From contig JBBDYC010000008.1 of the NCBI GenBank assembly GCA_040901985.1, forward strand, positions 240,490 to 304,489: DNA of 64,000 bases, given 5' to 3'. The position numbers and the translations under genes were made by a program. The notes under the pieces were generated by a model that did no database searches, was not told the DNA's origin, and was given only the letters and a program-made list of their open reading frames with translations. This document shows positions 46,604-57,750 of this stretch, piece after piece (positions within the stretch are counted from its first letter, which is position 1; every line of letters begins with the position of its first letter). The DNA is from Gemmatimonadaceae bacterium (GTDB lineage Bacteria; Gemmatimonadota; Gemmatimonadetes; Gemmatimonadales; Gemmatimonadaceae).

Positions 46604-47473
46604 TCACTCCTTCAACCGCACCAAGCCCTCCTGCGCCACGCTCGCGACAAGGTCGCCATTCCGTGCAAACACCTGCCCGCGCACGAAGCCGCGGGCGCCG
46701 AACGCCGACGGCGAGTCGCTCGTGTAGAGGAGCCAGTCGTCGGCGCGGAACGGGCGGTGCAGCCAGAGCGTGTGGTCGAGCGACGCCATCATCAGTCGCG
46801 GATCGCGAAAGCCCACGCCGTGCGGCTGCAGTGCCGTCGGCAGGAAGCCGTAGTCGGACGCATACGCGAGCACCGCCTGGTGGAGGATCGGCGTGTCGGG
46901 GATGCGCTCGCGCAGCCGGAACCAGACCTGACGCCTCGCGTCGGCGGCGGCGGTGGCAGCGGGCTTGCCGAACGGATCCGCCGGGGTGATCAACCGGAAT
47001 TCGAGCGGACGGTCCTGCGTGAGGATCGCGCGCAGGGGCTCGGGGATCCGGTCGGCGCGCGCACGGACGAGTTCGAGTTCGTCGGGCAGCCCTTCCGGCG
47101 GCGGCACGTCGGGCATCGCCGTCTGATGCTCCAACCCCGTCTCGACGATGTGGAACGACGCCGAGAGGTGGAAGATCGCCTCGCCCTTCTGGATCGCGGT
47201 GACCCGACGGCTGGTGAAGCTCCGTCCATCGCGCGGCCGGTCCACGAAGTAGACAATCGGCTCGCGCGTGTCGCCCTCGCGCAGGAAATAGCCGTGCACG
47301 GAATGCGCCTCGCGCGCGTCGCTGATCGTCTTCCGCGCCGCGACGAGCGCTTGCGCGAACACCTGGCCGCCGAAGACGCGGCCGGTGCCGACGTCGCGGT
47401 TGGTCCCGCGGTAGATGTCGATCTCCAGCGGCTCCAGCTCGAGGAGGTGGAGCAGGTCGGTGACCACGGTCAC
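46604..47473 (-). CDS. tesB: Acyl-CoA thioesterase II
   Basis: VFGGQVFAQAL, HSVHGYFL, RDGRSF, AYASD, ASLDH, SVAQEG. Confidence 0.93.
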   Translation of the reverse strand: MTVVTDLLHLLELEPLEIDIYRGTNRDVGTGRVFGGQVFAQALVAARKTISDAREAHSVHGYFLREGDTREPIVYFVDRPRDGRSFTSRRVTAIQKGEAIFHLSASFHIVETGLEHQTAMPDVPPPEGLPDELELVRARADRIPEPLRAILTQDRPLEFRLITPADPFGKPAATAAADARRQVWFRLRERIPDTPILHQAVLAYASDYGFLPTALQPHGVGFRDPRLMMASLDHTLWLHRPFRADDWLLYTSDSPSAFGARGFVRGQVFARNGDLVASVAQEGLVRLKE

Positions 47474-48441
47474 GGGTCGTCGGAGGAAGGGGCGCCGCCG
47501 CTCCGGGCGACCTGGTCGGCCTTGACGTTCGTCGCGTTGAACCGCTTGGCCGCCTTGAGGATCGTCTCCAGCGTGTCGTCGAAGTCGGGGTGCTTCTCCT
47601 TCACCCACCGCAGGTGGTTGATCCGCGCGACGACGAACGCCTTCAGGTACGGGCTCTCGAGTCCGCGCTCCTTGAGCTTCTTCACGGCGTCGTTCACATA
47701 CTCGTTCAGCTCGAGCAGCTTGGCGGCGCGGGTGCGGCGCTCCTCGAGCGCCGCCGGCAGCCTGGCGCCGAGGAACTGGTCGATCCGCTTGAGGATCGGG
47801 TGGTAGGCGCCGCCCGAGAAGCGCCCGTTCTCCATATAGCAGAGGCCGAGCGTGATCAACGCTGCCTCCTCGAAGACCTCGGCGTGGCTCCTCTCCGTGC
47901 TGTCGTCCATCGTTGCCAGCGCCTCGGCGAGGCGCGCCACCTCGAGCGAGCGTTCGCGAAGGTTGTGCGCCTTCTCGGTATTCAGCGCGAGGATGCGGTG
48001 CGCCACCTCGGGTTCCGGCACGACCAGCGCGACGATGGACTTGGCGCCGAGCTGGCGCATCGCGCCAAGGCGGTGGTAGCCGTTGGGCGACCAGTACCGG
48101 CCCTTGTCGGCGGGGACCGCGACAATCGGGTCGAGGAAGCGGTCGAGCTTGTCAATCGCGTCGGCGAGGCGCGCCACGTGCGCCTCGGAGAGGTCGCGCT
48201 GGAAGGGCGTCGGCTCGACGATGTCAATCGGGAGCGCGGCGAGGATCTGCCAGCGGCTGCCGAGCGGATCGCGGTAGGTCGCGAGCACGGCGCCGCCGTC
48301 GCCGACGATGCGCTTGGCGAGGGCCTCGACGGCTGCGGGGGCGGACGCCCCGTCGAGCCGTACGGCGTCGAGCCCGCGGGTGCGGGCGGCGGCCGCCTTC
48401 TTGGATTTCTTGGGCGCGCGCTTCTTCTTGGCGGTGGCCAT
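47470..48441 (-). CDS. ParB/Srx-like N-terminal domain protein (orphan)
   Basis: PTPFQRDLS, FLDPIVAV, PNGYHRL, LNTEKAHNLRE; Lys-rich N-terminus. Confidence 0.8.
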   Translation of the reverse strand: MATAKKKRAPKKSKKAAAARTRGLDAVRLDGASAPAAVEALAKRIVGDGGAVLATYRDPLGSRWQILAALPIDIVEPTPFQRDLSEAHVARLADAIDKLDRFLDPIVAVPADKGRYWSPNGYHRLGAMRQLGAKSIVALVVPEPEVAHRILALNTEKAHNLRERSLEVARLAEALATMDDSTERSHAEVFEEAALITLGLCYMENGRFSGGAYHPILKRIDQFLGARLPAALEERRTRAAKLLELNEYVNDAVKKLKERGLESPYLKAFVVARINHLRWVKEKHPDFDDTLETILKAAKRFNATNVKADQVARSGGAPSSDDP

Positions 48442-48538
48442 CACTGAAGGTGGGCGGAGGCGCCGGACCGGGTCAAGTCAGGTGCCAGGCGCTGGATTGG
48501 TCGAACCAACGGCGGCATACACAGTCACGGAGGTCCCA

Positions 48539-48763
48539 ATGTCGGCCGACCACAACGTGGGTCTATTGGACAGCAGGATCCGGATCGTGCTGGGCGTCGT
48601 CTGCGTCGGCCTGCTCGGCTACCACGTCATCGTCTCGCGGTTTATGGGGATCTACGTCCTCGTCGCGGTCATCGTGCTCATCGCGTACTTCCTGAAGACG
48701 GGTATCACGCGAAGCTGTCCAATCATGAAGGCGATGGACGTCTCGACGGCCGGCAAGGAGTAG
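48539..48763 (+). CDS. DUF2892/YgaP-like small membrane protein
   Basis: NVGLLDSRIRIVLG..TGITRSCPI..ST; GGAGG RBS. Confidence 0.85.
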   Translation: MSADHNVGLLDSRIRIVLGVVCVGLLGYHVIVSRFMGIYVLVAVIVLIAYFLKTGITRSCPIMKAMDVSTAGKE

Positions 48764-48805
48764 CGCCAGACCGCCGCCGCACTGTCGCGCCGACGGGCGG
48801 GTCCG

Positions 48806-50767
48806 CTACCCCAACTCCGCCAGCTGCTCAAGCAAGGCGGAGGCGCTCCCCGGCCGCCCGCCCGGCGCCTTGGCCAGCAGCCGCAGCACGAGCGCCGAGA
48901 CCGCCGGCGGCACGTCCGGATTCCGCGCGATCGGTGGCGATGGCTCGGTGGTCACGACCTTGGCGATGAGGGCGGTGGCCGAGGGAGCCTCGAAGGGCGG
49001 GTGGCCGGTGAGGCATTCGTACAACACGCCGCCGAGTGCGTACAGGTCGGCGCGCGGATCGAGCTCGTCGCCCATCAACTGTTCGGGCGCCATATACGCC
49101 AGCGTCCCGACGATCAACCCGGCCTGCGTGCGGGTCGAGGACGCCTCCGCGAGCCGGGCGATTCCAAAGTCCATCACCTTCAAAACGCCGTCGCCGTCAA
49201 TCAGCGCGTTCTCCGGCTTGATGTCCCGATGGATCACGCCGGCCGCGTGCGCCACCGCGAGCGCCTCGGCGAGCTGCCGCGCCAGCGCCAACGCGCTCGC
49301 CACGCCGAGCTTGCCACGCGTGGCCAGCAGCTCGCGGACGGTGATCCCTTCCACGTACTCCATCGTGACGAAGGCGACGCCGTCGGCGTCGCCGAGGTCG
49401 TGGGTGCGCACCACGTTGCGGTGCGAGATGCGCCGCGCCAGCCGGATCTCCGACCGGAACCGGTCGGCCGCCACCGGGTCGTCGTCGAGCAGGGCGCGGA
49501 GCAGCGTCTTGACGGCGATGATCTCGTTGAGCTCCCGGTCGCGCGCCCGGTAGACGACCCCCATCCCGCCGCGGCCGATCACGTTGAGGATCTCGTAGCG
49601 ACTGGCAAGGAGCGTGCCCGCGGCGATGGCGTCGTCGGGACCGGCGTCCGGCCGCGCCGCACGATGCTCGCTGGTCGCCAGCGTCACGTCGGTGCGCAGT
49701 TCGCGGAGCTGCTCGCGCAGCCGGACCTCGCGTGCACGAATTCCCGCCGCCATGGCGTCGAAGACGCGCGCCAACCGCCCGAGCTCGTCGTCGCGCGCGG
49801 TGATCGAGGCCAAGGTGCCCGGCACATACGTGCCTTGTTCCACCTCACCCGCCGCCTCGATCACGTGCGTGACCTGCCGCAGGTAGTCGGTCTCTCGGTC
49901 GTGCCAACGCTTTTTCTCGAGCGAGACGCCAATCCGCGCGCGCAGGAGCACGGGGTCGAACGGCTTGGCGAGATAGTCCTCCGCGCCGTGCTCGATGCAC
50001 CGCACCACGCTCGCCATATCGTCGAGCGCCGAGATCATGATGACCGGGATGCTCCGCGTTGACGGGTCCCGCTTGATTCGCTCGAGGACGGCGAAACCGT
50101 CAAGCCCCGGCATCAGGACGTCGAGCAGGACGAGGTCGAATCCCCCGCTCGCCACCCGCGCGAGCGCCGTCTCGCCGTCGGCCACGCTCTCCACCGCGTA
50201 CCCCTCGCGTTCGAGCCGTCGCGCGAGGACCGCGCGATTCTCCTCGACATCGTCCACGACCAGGATCCGGCCCATCGCGCCGCCGTCGGCCGGAGCGGCC
50301 GGCGGCCGCGCCGACGGTCCGTCAGTCGGCGTGGAACCGGCCGGGCCTTCGCGCCTTGCCGGCGGCGCGACCTGGGCAACGCCCGATCCGGGGAGCGCGA
50401 CCTCCGTCAGCCGCCGCGCCGCCTGCGCGATGCGCTCGACGTCCGTCGCCGTCTGCGGGTCGGCGCCGCCGCCAAGGAGGGCCGCGGTGGCGGTGAGGAT
50501 CGCCGCCTGCGGCTCGCGCAGCGCCGCGACCAACGCCACGAGATCGTCGTGCATCGCGACCCCGGTCGGCGGGAGCGCCGTATTGATGCGCACCAGCACG
50601 TCCCGAGCGGCCGCGAGGATCCCGTCGAGTTGGCCGGCGGTCGCCGACTCCGCCGCGGCGTCCTCGCGCAGCATCTCGGCATAGCCAATGATGTGATTGA
50701 CCGGTGTGCGCAACTCGTGGCGCAACTCGGCGGCCGTCTCCCGCGTGACGGGCGCGGTGCCGCTCAT
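48806..50767 (-). CDS. HisKA-like + receiver + HAMP-like + Ser/Thr kinase fusion
   Basis: HELRTPVNHIIGY (no HATPase); LVVDD..LDVLMP..KPFD; DDELGRLARVF; GRGGMG, HRDIKPEN, DFGIA, APE. Confidence 0.9.
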   Translation of the reverse strand: MSGTAPVTRETAAELRHELRTPVNHIIGYAEMLREDAAAESATAGQLDGILAAARDVLVRINTALPPTGVAMHDDLVALVAALREPQAAILTATAALLGGGADPQTATDVERIAQAARRLTEVALPGSGVAQVAPPARREGPAGSTPTDGPSARPPAAPADGGAMGRILVVDDVEENRAVLARRLEREGYAVESVADGETALARVASGGFDLVLLDVLMPGLDGFAVLERIKRDPSTRSIPVIMISALDDMASVVRCIEHGAEDYLAKPFDPVLLRARIGVSLEKKRWHDRETDYLRQVTHVIEAAGEVEQGTYVPGTLASITARDDELGRLARVFDAMAAGIRAREVRLREQLRELRTDVTLATSEHRAARPDAGPDDAIAAGTLLASRYEILNVIGRGGMGVVYRARDRELNEIIAVKTLLRALLDDDPVAADRFRSEIRLARRISHRNVVRTHDLGDADGVAFVTMEYVEGITVRELLATRGKLGVASALALARQLAEALAVAHAAGVIHRDIKPENALIDGDGVLKVMDFGIARLAEASSTRTQAGLIVGTLAYMAPEQLMGDELDPRADLYALGGVLYECLTGHPPFEAPSATALIAKVVTTEPSPPIARNPDVPPAVSALVLRLLAKAPGGRPGSASALLEQLAELG

Positions 50768-51135
50768 GCGGCCGGCGGGAGCAGTGCTTGGATCTTGCCG
50801 AGCAGTCGTTCGAGATCCACCGGCTTGGTGTCGTAGTCGTTGCAGCCGGCCTCGAGGGCCTTGTCGCGATCGCCCGACATTGCGTGCGCGGTCAGCGCGA
50901 TGATTGGCATCCGTCCCTGCTCGCCGGCGGCGCGGATCTGCCGCGTCGCCTCCCACCCGTCCACCTCGGGAAGACTCATATCCATCAGGATGAGGTCCCA
51001 GCCGCCCTCGAGCGCGCGCCGGACGCCGGCCGCGCCATCCACCGCAATCTCGACGTCGAACCCCCGACGGGCGAGCCGGCGGGAGAGCATATCGCGGTTC
51101 ATCTCATTGTCCTCGACGAGCAGGATGCGTGGCAT
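50764..51135 (-). CDS. Single-domain response regulator (DivK-like)
   Basis: LLVEDNEMNRDML, MDMSLP, ALTAHAM.GD, TKPVD. Confidence 0.93.
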   Translation of the reverse strand: MPRILLVEDNEMNRDMLSRRLARRGFDVEIAVDGAAGVRRALEGGWDLILMDMSLPEVDGWEATRQIRAAGEQGRMPIIALTAHAMSGDRDKALEAGCNDYDTKPVDLERLLGKIQALLPPAA

Positions 51136-51147
51136 TCAGGTGCGGGT

Positions 51148-54084
51148 TCAGGTGGAGGCCGGCGCCGAGCGGCGGCGGCGCATCAGGAGGCGGATGTCGC
51201 GGACCAGGTCGAGCTGGGAGTACGACCCCTTCGTGAGGACCTCGCTGACGTGTCCGTTCAGGCGCTCGCGCTCGGCCTTCGACAGATCCTTGGCGGTGAC
51301 GACGATCACCGGGATCTGGCGCCAGGCCTCGACCTGTCGCACGCGCGCCACGAACTCGCCGCCGTCCATCACCGGCATCACGAGGTCGAGGATGATCAGC
51401 GACGGCGTGCGCTCGGCCATCCGCTCGAGCCCGACGCGACCATTCTCGGCCTCCATCACCGTCCACCCCTCTCGCTCGAGGCCGCGCCTGAACGTCGCGC
51501 GCATCGCCGGGTCGTCCTCGACGACGAGCACCGCGCCCGTCGGTTCGGCAAACGGCTGCCGGCCGAGGATCCGACGCAGCTGCGCGCGGTCGAGCGGCTT
51601 GGTCACGTACTCGGTGGCGCCGAGCGCGAGCGCCAGCTGCTGCTCGTGGAGCACCGAGAGCATGATGACCGGGATCTCGGCCAGCGACTCATCGGCGCGG
51701 ATGCGGCGCAGCACCTCCCAGCCGTCCATCCCCGGCATCAGCACGTCCAGCGTGATTGCGTCGGGACGCACGCGCGTCGCCAGCTCGAGCCCGGTCGTGC
51801 CATCGGCCGCCTCCTCGACGTGGAAGCCATCGGCGGCGAGGACCGACCGCAGCAGGCGACGCGCGTCCAGGTCGTCGTCAATGACCAGCACCGTGCCCGC
51901 CGAGCCATCTCCCTGCGGGGGCGGCGCCGTCGCCGGCGCCTCGGCACCGGCGCCACCGCGTCGCGTCGGGTCCACCACCGCCGGCAATCGCAACGTGAAA
52001 GTCGATCCGACGCCCGGCTCGCTCTCCACGGTCACCTCGCCGCCGAGCATTTCGCTGAACCGCCTGGTGAGCGCGAGTCCCAGCCCGGTCCCGCCGTAGC
52101 GGCGCGACGTGGACGCCTCGGCCTGGCTGAACGTCTCGAAGAGGTGCCCGAGCTGCTCGGGTGTCATCCCGATCCCCGAGTCGCGCACCGCGAAGGTCAG
52201 GCGGTCGCGCCCGCCCTCGTCGCGCCGCCGCACGGTCACGGTGATCGTGCCCCCCTCAGTGAACTTGCACGCGTTGGAGAGCAGGTTGAGCAGCATCTGG
52301 CGGACCTTGACGAGGTCGGCGTGCATCGTCCCCAGCCGCCCCTCCCGATCCACGACGAGCCGATTGGAGTTCCTGGCGACCATCGGGTCGATCGTCGTCA
52401 TCACCTCGTCGAGCATCGCGTCCACGTCGAACGTCTCGAGGAAGACCTCCATCTTTCCGGCCTCGATCTTCGACAGGTCGAGCACGTCGTTGATCAGCGA
52501 GAGCAGGTGCTTGCCGGCCGTGTGGATCTTCGCGAGGTCGGGCACGAACGCCTGCAACCCGGAGTCGGTCGCCTCCTCCTGCAGCATCTCGCTGTACCCG
52601 ATGATCGCGTTCAGCGGCGTGCGGAGCTCGTGGCTCATGTTCGCGAGGAACTGGCTCTTCGCCCGGTTGGCCCCCTCGGCGTCGCGCCGCGCCGCGCTCA
52701 GCTCGCTGATGTCGTGGTACATCCCCATCAGGGCCACCCGTGACTCGTCGGCAATCACCGGCACGCCGAGGATCTCCACCTCGACGAAGGTGCCGTCCTT
52801 GCGGCGCCGCCGGCCAATTCCCTTGACCGGACGGTCCACCGCGTCCCGGCTGTACTGCGCCGCCTCGCCGAGCGTGTCGGGGTCGGTGATCAACTCGTCG
52901 AGGTTCCGGCCGCGGGCCTCCTTCTCCGAATAGAGGAAGAGCCGCTCGAAGGCCGGGTTGCACGACGCCACGTTGTAGTCGGGATCGAGCTGGACGATGG
53001 CGACCGGGCTGTTGTTGAGCAGGCTGCGGAAGAATTCGCGCTGGCGCGCCGCCTCCTCGTAGAGCCGCGCGCCCTCGATGGCGATTGCCGCCTGCGGCGT
53101 GAAGAGGTTGAGCAGCCGCAGGTCGTCCTCGGCGAACGGCCGCGTGTTCCGCGCATCCACCATCGCGATTGCGCCGACGAGGCGCTTGTCGATCAGCAGC
53201 GGCGCGGCGACCACCGACTTCACCGGCACGTCCGAGTACTTCGTGGACCGCCCCGCCCAGACGTGATAATCGGGGACGATCAGCGGCTCGTGCGACTGCG
53301 CGACGAGGCCGAGTGCGCCCTCGCCGAGCTTGAGGCGGATCCCGGTGGTGTCGGTGCCGATCTGGTGGCTCGCCACCACCTCAAGTTCGCCGCGCGTGGC
53401 ATCGAAGATCGCCAGTTCGCCGCCGGTGACGCCGAGCAGGGCCACCGCGCGCTCGAGCGTCGCCTGCAGGGTGCGCGGCAGCTCGCGCTGGGTGAGCAGG
53501 TCGGCCATCGAGGCGAGCACCGCCTGCTGCTCGTCGGCCCGCCGCCGCTGGGTGACAATCAGCCGCGCCCGCGCGATCGCGATGCTGGCCTGGTTCGCCG
53601 CCGCGGTGAGGATTTCGAAATCGCTCGCCGCGAACGCGTCGGGCTCCGTGCTCTCCACCGCGAGAACGCCAATCGCCCGGCCGTCAATGATCAGCGGCAC
53701 GTCCACCTCGGACCCGCTGTTGAGCGCCGGTTCGTAGCTCGACTCGCGACGCACCGATGGCGTGTAGTGGAGCTTGCCCTCGAGCATCGCCCGCTCGGTG
53801 ATGCCGTGCCCGGGCGCGAGGCGCCATCCCGGTTTGGCGGCGGTCCATCCGACGCTCGCCGCCATCACCCGGTCGCCGGTCGCGTCGTCGAGCAGGAAGA
53901 CGCCGAGGAATTCGTAGCCGAGGGCGTCGTCGCGCAGGCCGTTGACGACGCTCTCGCAGATCTCCTGCTCGTTGGTCGCCGCGGCAATCGCCGAGCTGAG
54001 TCGCAGCAGCGCCGACTGCCGGCGCGCGGTGGCCGCCGGCGCGCGTTGCTTCGCCTTCACTGGTCGTGTCCGCTTCGATGCCAT
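51148..54084 (-). CDS. Cytoplasmic hybrid histidine kinase (GAF-GAF-PAS-HisKA-HATPase-REC-REC)
   Basis: Two GAF-like regions; [31 protein letters not shown]; two receiver domains. Confidence 0.93.
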   Translation of the reverse strand: MASKRTRPVKAKQRAPAATARRQSALLRLSSAIAAATNEQEICESVVNGLRDDALGYEFLGVFLLDDATGDRVMAASVGWTAAKPGWRLAPGHGITERAMLEGKLHYTPSVRRESSYEPALNSGSEVDVPLIIDGRAIGVLAVESTEPDAFAASDFEILTAAANQASIAIARARLIVTQRRRADEQQAVLASMADLLTQRELPRTLQATLERAVALLGVTGGELAIFDATRGELEVVASHQIGTDTTGIRLKLGEGALGLVAQSHEPLIVPDYHVWAGRSTKYSDVPVKSVVAAPLLIDKRLVGAIAMVDARNTRPFAEDDLRLLNLFTPQAAIAIEGARLYEEAARQREFFRSLLNNSPVAIVQLDPDYNVASCNPAFERLFLYSEKEARGRNLDELITDPDTLGEAAQYSRDAVDRPVKGIGRRRRKDGTFVEVEILGVPVIADESRVALMGMYHDISELSAARRDAEGANRAKSQFLANMSHELRTPLNAIIGYSEMLQEEATDSGLQAFVPDLAKIHTAGKHLLSLINDVLDLSKIEAGKMEVFLETFDVDAMLDEVMTTIDPMVARNSNRLVVDREGRLGTMHADLVKVRQMLLNLLSNACKFTEGGTITVTVRRRDEGGRDRLTFAVRDSGIGMTPEQLGHLFETFSQAEASTSRRYGGTGLGLALTRRFSEMLGGEVTVESEPGVGSTFTLRLPAVVDPTRRGGAGAEAPATAPPPQGDGSAGTVLVIDDDLDARRLLRSVLAADGFHVEEAADGTTGLELATRVRPDAITLDVLMPGMDGWEVLRRIRADESLAEIPVIMLSVLHEQQLALALGATEYVTKPLDRAQLRRILGRQPFAEPTGAVLVVEDDPAMRATFRRGLEREGWTVMEAENGRVGLERMAERTPSLIILDLVMPVMDGGEFVARVRQVEAWRQIPVIVVTAKDLSKAERERLNGHVSEVLTKGSYSQLDLVRDIRLLMRRRRSAPAST

Positions 54085-54166
54085 CGCGCTCCACAATGCT
54101 GGCCCGGCGCGGAAGGTATCGCGCGGCACGGTGCCGCGCGAATCCGCCGCCGTCAGTGCCGCCGCG

Positions 54167-56425
54167 TCACCTGATTCCCGCCCGCGCCTCGACTGCCTGC
54201 GCTTCCTGCGCGCGGCCCCGCGCCCGGAGCAGTGCGGCCAGGTCGCGCGCCGTCTCGGCGATGTTCGCATCGCCCGCCGGGTAGTGCCGCACGCGGAGAT
54301 CGAGCGCCCGCCGGTACGTCGCCTCGGCCTCGGCGGGACGGTTGCGCATCACCAACACCCCGCCGAGCGCGTTCAGCGTGACCGCCAGCGATGGGTGGGT
54401 CGGCGCCAGGCGCGTCTCCTTGATCTGGAGTGCGCGGCGGAGCAGCGGCTCCGCGGTGGCCGGATCGCCGAGCTTCCAGTGTGTCTCGCCGAGGTTGTTG
54501 AGCACCGCCGCGACGTTCGGATGCCCGTCGTCGAACGCGCGCTCGTAAATCACCCGCGTCCGCTCGTAGAGTGGCAGCGCCTCGCCGTAGCGTCCGAGCG
54601 AGAAGTAGATGGCGCCGAGGTTGTTGAGCACCGTCGCGAGATCCGGGTGGTCCATTCCCGCCACCGCTTCGCGGATCGCCAGGCTCCGCCGCATCATCGG
54701 TTCCGCCTCCTCGAGCCGGCCCTGCGACCAATAGACGACCCCGAGGCCCATCAGGTCGCGCGCATACCGCGGGTCCCTCGGCGCCAGCGTGGCCTCGTCG
54801 ATCTCGACGACGCGGAGGTAGAGCGATTCGGCCTCGGCCAGCCGACCCTGCCGCCACCGGAGCAGGGCGAGCGCCGCCAGCGTGCGTGCCACGTCGGGAT
54901 GCTCGGCGCCGAGGGCGAGTCGCCGGATGGTGAAGGCCCGCTCGAGGTGGCGCTCGGCGGCCGCGTAGTCACCGGTGCTGCGGGACGCCTGGCCGAGGAG
55001 GAGTTCCGTCTCCGCCACCGCCAGGTCGTTGGGGCCGAGCGCGAACTCGCGCACGTCGCGTGCGCGCTGCAGCTGGAGGAGCGCGGCGTCGAAAAGTCCG
55101 AGCGAGACATAGGCGCTCCCCATCGCGTGCAGGATGTGGCCCTGCACCAACGGCTGGTCGGCCAGCCCGTCGGCGGCGCGTTCCGCGCCGCGGTCGAGCA
55201 ACTCGCGCGCGGTGATCTCCCGGGCCGGCACCGACCCGCGCGGCTCGTCGGGGTCGAAGACGCGGAAGAGGCCGACCATGAAGTCGGTCACCTGCTCGGC
55301 GGCCGCCGCCTCCTGCGCGGCGCGGCGTTCGGCGCGGGTCGCGCGGACGAGGCCGACCGTGGCAAACACCGTGCTCGCGGCGAGCGCCAACAGCACCACC
55401 GCCGCCGTTGCCACGCCGCCGCGGTGCCGGCGGACGAACCGCGTCACGCGATACCCCGTGGACGGCGGCCGCGCCTCGACGGGCTCGAAGTGTCGGGCGC
55501 GCTGGAGGTCCAGCGCGAGCGCGTTCACAGTGGGATACCGGCGCGCCCGGTCGGGCTCGAGCGCCCGGAGGACGATCCAGTCGAGGTCCCCCCGCAACTC
55601 CCTGACCAGGCGATCGGGCACCGTCCCACGCAGGTGCGCCAACTGGTCGCGGTGCGTGCCCAGCGTGTCGAGCCGCGCGCTCGGCGGCGGTACCGAGGAC
55701 TCGCGGGACGCCAGCTGCACGATGAACGCGTGATAGCCCATCGATTCCGGCTCCACCGGGAGCCGCCCCACCAGGAGCTCGTAGAGGATTACGCCCAGCG
55801 AATAGATGTCGGTCCGCGTGTCCACGTCGAGCCCCGACGACTCCGCCTGCTCGGGGCTCATATACGCCGCCGTGCCAAGCGCCACGCCGACGTGCGTGAC
55901 GAGAGTCTGCTCCGTCAGTTGGCGGCCGAGCGCCTTGGCGATCCCGAAGTCAATGATCTTCGGGCGCGGCGCGCCGTCTTCCTCCGTGACGAGCACGTTG
56001 GTCGGCTTGAGGTCGCGGTGGATCACGCCCTTCTGGTGCGCGTGCTGCACCGCGTGGCAGACCTGCACGAAGAGGTCCACCCGGTCGGCGGTCGTGAGGC
56101 GACGCGAGTCGCAGTACTCGATCAGCGGAAGTCCCTTGACGAGCTCCATCACGAAGTACGGCTCGCCCGACTCGGTCTGGTCCGCGTGGAGGACCTTCGC
56201 GATCCCCGCGTGGTCCATCATCGCGAGCGCCTGCCGCTCGGCGTCGAATCGCGCGCGTGCGTCGGGGGCCGATGTCCCCGCGCGGACGACCTTGATTGCC
56301 ACGCGCCGCCGGACGGGCCCCGTCTCGGCGGCCTCGTACACCACACCCATCCCCCCCTCGCCGAGGACCCCGAGGATCTTGTACGGCCCGATCCGATCCG
56401 GCAGGGGTGGAGGGTTGGAGCCCAC
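54167..56425 (-). CDS. Ser/Thr kinase with TM and ~42-aa TPR repeats
   Basis: [51 protein letters not shown] repeats. Confidence 0.93.
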   Translation of the reverse strand: MGSNPPPLPDRIGPYKILGVLGEGGMGVVYEAAETGPVRRRVAIKVVRAGTSAPDARARFDAERQALAMMDHAGIAKVLHADQTESGEPYFVMELVKGLPLIEYCDSRRLTTADRVDLFVQVCHAVQHAHQKGVIHRDLKPTNVLVTEEDGAPRPKIIDFGIAKALGRQLTEQTLVTHVGVALGTAAYMSPEQAESSGLDVDTRTDIYSLGVILYELLVGRLPVEPESMGYHAFIVQLASRESSVPPPSARLDTLGTHRDQLAHLRGTVPDRLVRELRGDLDWIVLRALEPDRARRYPTVNALALDLQRARHFEPVEARPPSTGYRVTRFVRRHRGGVATAAVVLLALAASTVFATVGLVRATRAERRAAQEAAAAEQVTDFMVGLFRVFDPDEPRGSVPAREITARELLDRGAERAADGLADQPLVQGHILHAMGSAYVSLGLFDAALLQLQRARDVREFALGPNDLAVAETELLLGQASRSTGDYAAAERHLERAFTIRRLALGAEHPDVARTLAALALLRWRQGRLAEAESLYLRVVEIDEATLAPRDPRYARDLMGLGVVYWSQGRLEEAEPMMRRSLAIREAVAGMDHPDLATVLNNLGAIYFSLGRYGEALPLYERTRVIYERAFDDGHPNVAAVLNNLGETHWKLGDPATAEPLLRRALQIKETRLAPTHPSLAVTLNALGGVLVMRNRPAEAEATYRRALDLRVRHYPAGDANIAETARDLAALLRARGRAQEAQAVEARAGIR

Positions 56426-56865
56426 TAGTCGACGATGATGTCCGGATCGATCACGATGTTGCTCGACGTCCCGTCAGCGTTCGGGCAGGTGGCGTTCACG
56501 GAGTAACTGAACTTCTTGCCCGACTGATTCCCCTTCATCCGCTCGGCGCGCGCGGCGTGGCCCGGGCGACCGCGGTACGGTGGCGCATCACTGAACAGCC
56601 AACTGAATTGCTTCTTCCTGATCTCAAACTCTGCCACGTTCGACGCCTCCGTGAGCGCCCAGTCCACGGTATCGTCCTGCTTCACCCGTTGCTGCCAAGG
56701 CGTGATTGTCGTGGTGGCGCCGCCGTCGGCGCGACAGATGATCTCGACCAAGATCTGGTGGTTCTGCGGCTGACCTTGCCTCTCCTCGACCACGCGCGGA
56801 CGCACTGCCGCCAATGTGGCCAGTGACGCGAGGGAAAACAGTGTGAGGGCGATCCGACGGTCCAC
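56425..56865 (-). CDS. Small secreted beta-rich protein ending IDPDIIVD (DP-EP-like)
   Basis: Signal-like N-terminus, two Cys, FSYSV..VIDPDIIVD; stop overlaps the kinase GTG by 1 nt; start uncertain. Confidence 0.7.
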   Translation of the reverse strand: MDRRIALTLFSLASLATLAAVRPRVVEERQGQPQNHQILVEIICRADGGATTTITPWQQRVKQDDTVDWALTEASNVAEFEIRKKQFSWLFSDAPPYRGRPGHAARAERMKGNQSGKKFSYSVNATCPNADGTSSNIVIDPDIIVD

Positions 56866-56946
56866 GCGAGTCTCCGGATTCAGGGTGCCAAAGAATGCGG
56901 GCAAGCGGAGTGTGACGCAAGTCACGCCGCCGACCCGCCCGCCCAG

Positions 56947-57738
56947 TCAGCGCGGGACCCAAGGAATGAAGGCGTTCGTCCGCGCTCGGTAGTCGCGGTA
57001 CGCCGGCCGTCGCTCGTGGATGTCCTTCTCGAGCAGGGAGACCCCTGAGACCTTGAGCAGCAGCAGGGTCATCAGGAGCGGCGCGTACACGGTCCACCAC
57101 CCTCCTGCCGCGACCGCGATCACGAAGTAGCCCCACCAGAGTACCGCCTCGCCGAAGTAGTTCGGGTGCCGCGTGTACCTCCAGAGCCCCCGATCGAACA
57201 CCTGGTGTGCGTTTGCCGGATCCGACTTGAAGCGTGCCAGCTGCCAGTCGCCGACCGCCTCGAAGGTGAATCCGACGGTCCAGAGCCCGATGCCGGCGAC
57301 GTCGAGCGCGCCGAGCGGCCGAGTGCCGCCGAGCGCAACGAGAAGTGGCGCCGAGATGAGCGCGGCGAGGGCCGCCTGCAGCAGGAAGACAACGTAGAGA
57401 CTCTTCCACGCGAATGCGCGGCCGCGCGCCGCACGCATCGCGGCATAGCGTCGGTCCTCTGGCGCACCCCAGTTGCGCCAGGTGAGATACACCGAGAGTC
57501 GGACGGCCCAGAGCGACACGAGGACGAGCACCACCACGGCCCGCCGGTCGTCCGCCGCCACGCCGACCAGGCACGCATACCCGACCGCGCCGGCCAGGAA
57601 GAAGAGCGACCAGACGCTGTCGACGAGGGAGACATCGCGCCGCACCAGGCTCAGCAGCCAGCCGCCGACGGCGAGCGCGGCCATCAGCGCGACGGCCACG
57701 AGCGCGGCGCGAAGGTCGAGCACGCCCACGGAGGTCAA
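56947..57738 (-). CDS. DUF1295 (steroid 5-alpha-reductase-like) membrane protein
   Basis: SLVDSVW, EDRRY, DWQLARFK, GLWRYTRHPNYFGE. Confidence 0.9.
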   Translation of the reverse strand: MTSVGVLDLRAALVAVALMAALAVGGWLLSLVRRDVSLVDSVWSLFFLAGAVGYACLVGVAADDRRAVVVLVLVSLWAVRLSVYLTWRNWGAPEDRRYAAMRAARGRAFAWKSLYVVFLLQAALAALISAPLLVALGGTRPLGALDVAGIGLWTVGFTFEAVGDWQLARFKSDPANAHQVFDRGLWRYTRHPNYFGEAVLWWGYFVIAVAAGGWWTVYAPLLMTLLLLKVSGVSLLEKDIHERRPAYRDYRARTNAFIPWVPR

Positions 57739-57750
57739 AAGCGTGCTCCC

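Noticed and set aside
47470..48441. Plasmid or prophage partition locus
   Set aside because: No ParA, replication or phage genes; housekeeping context.
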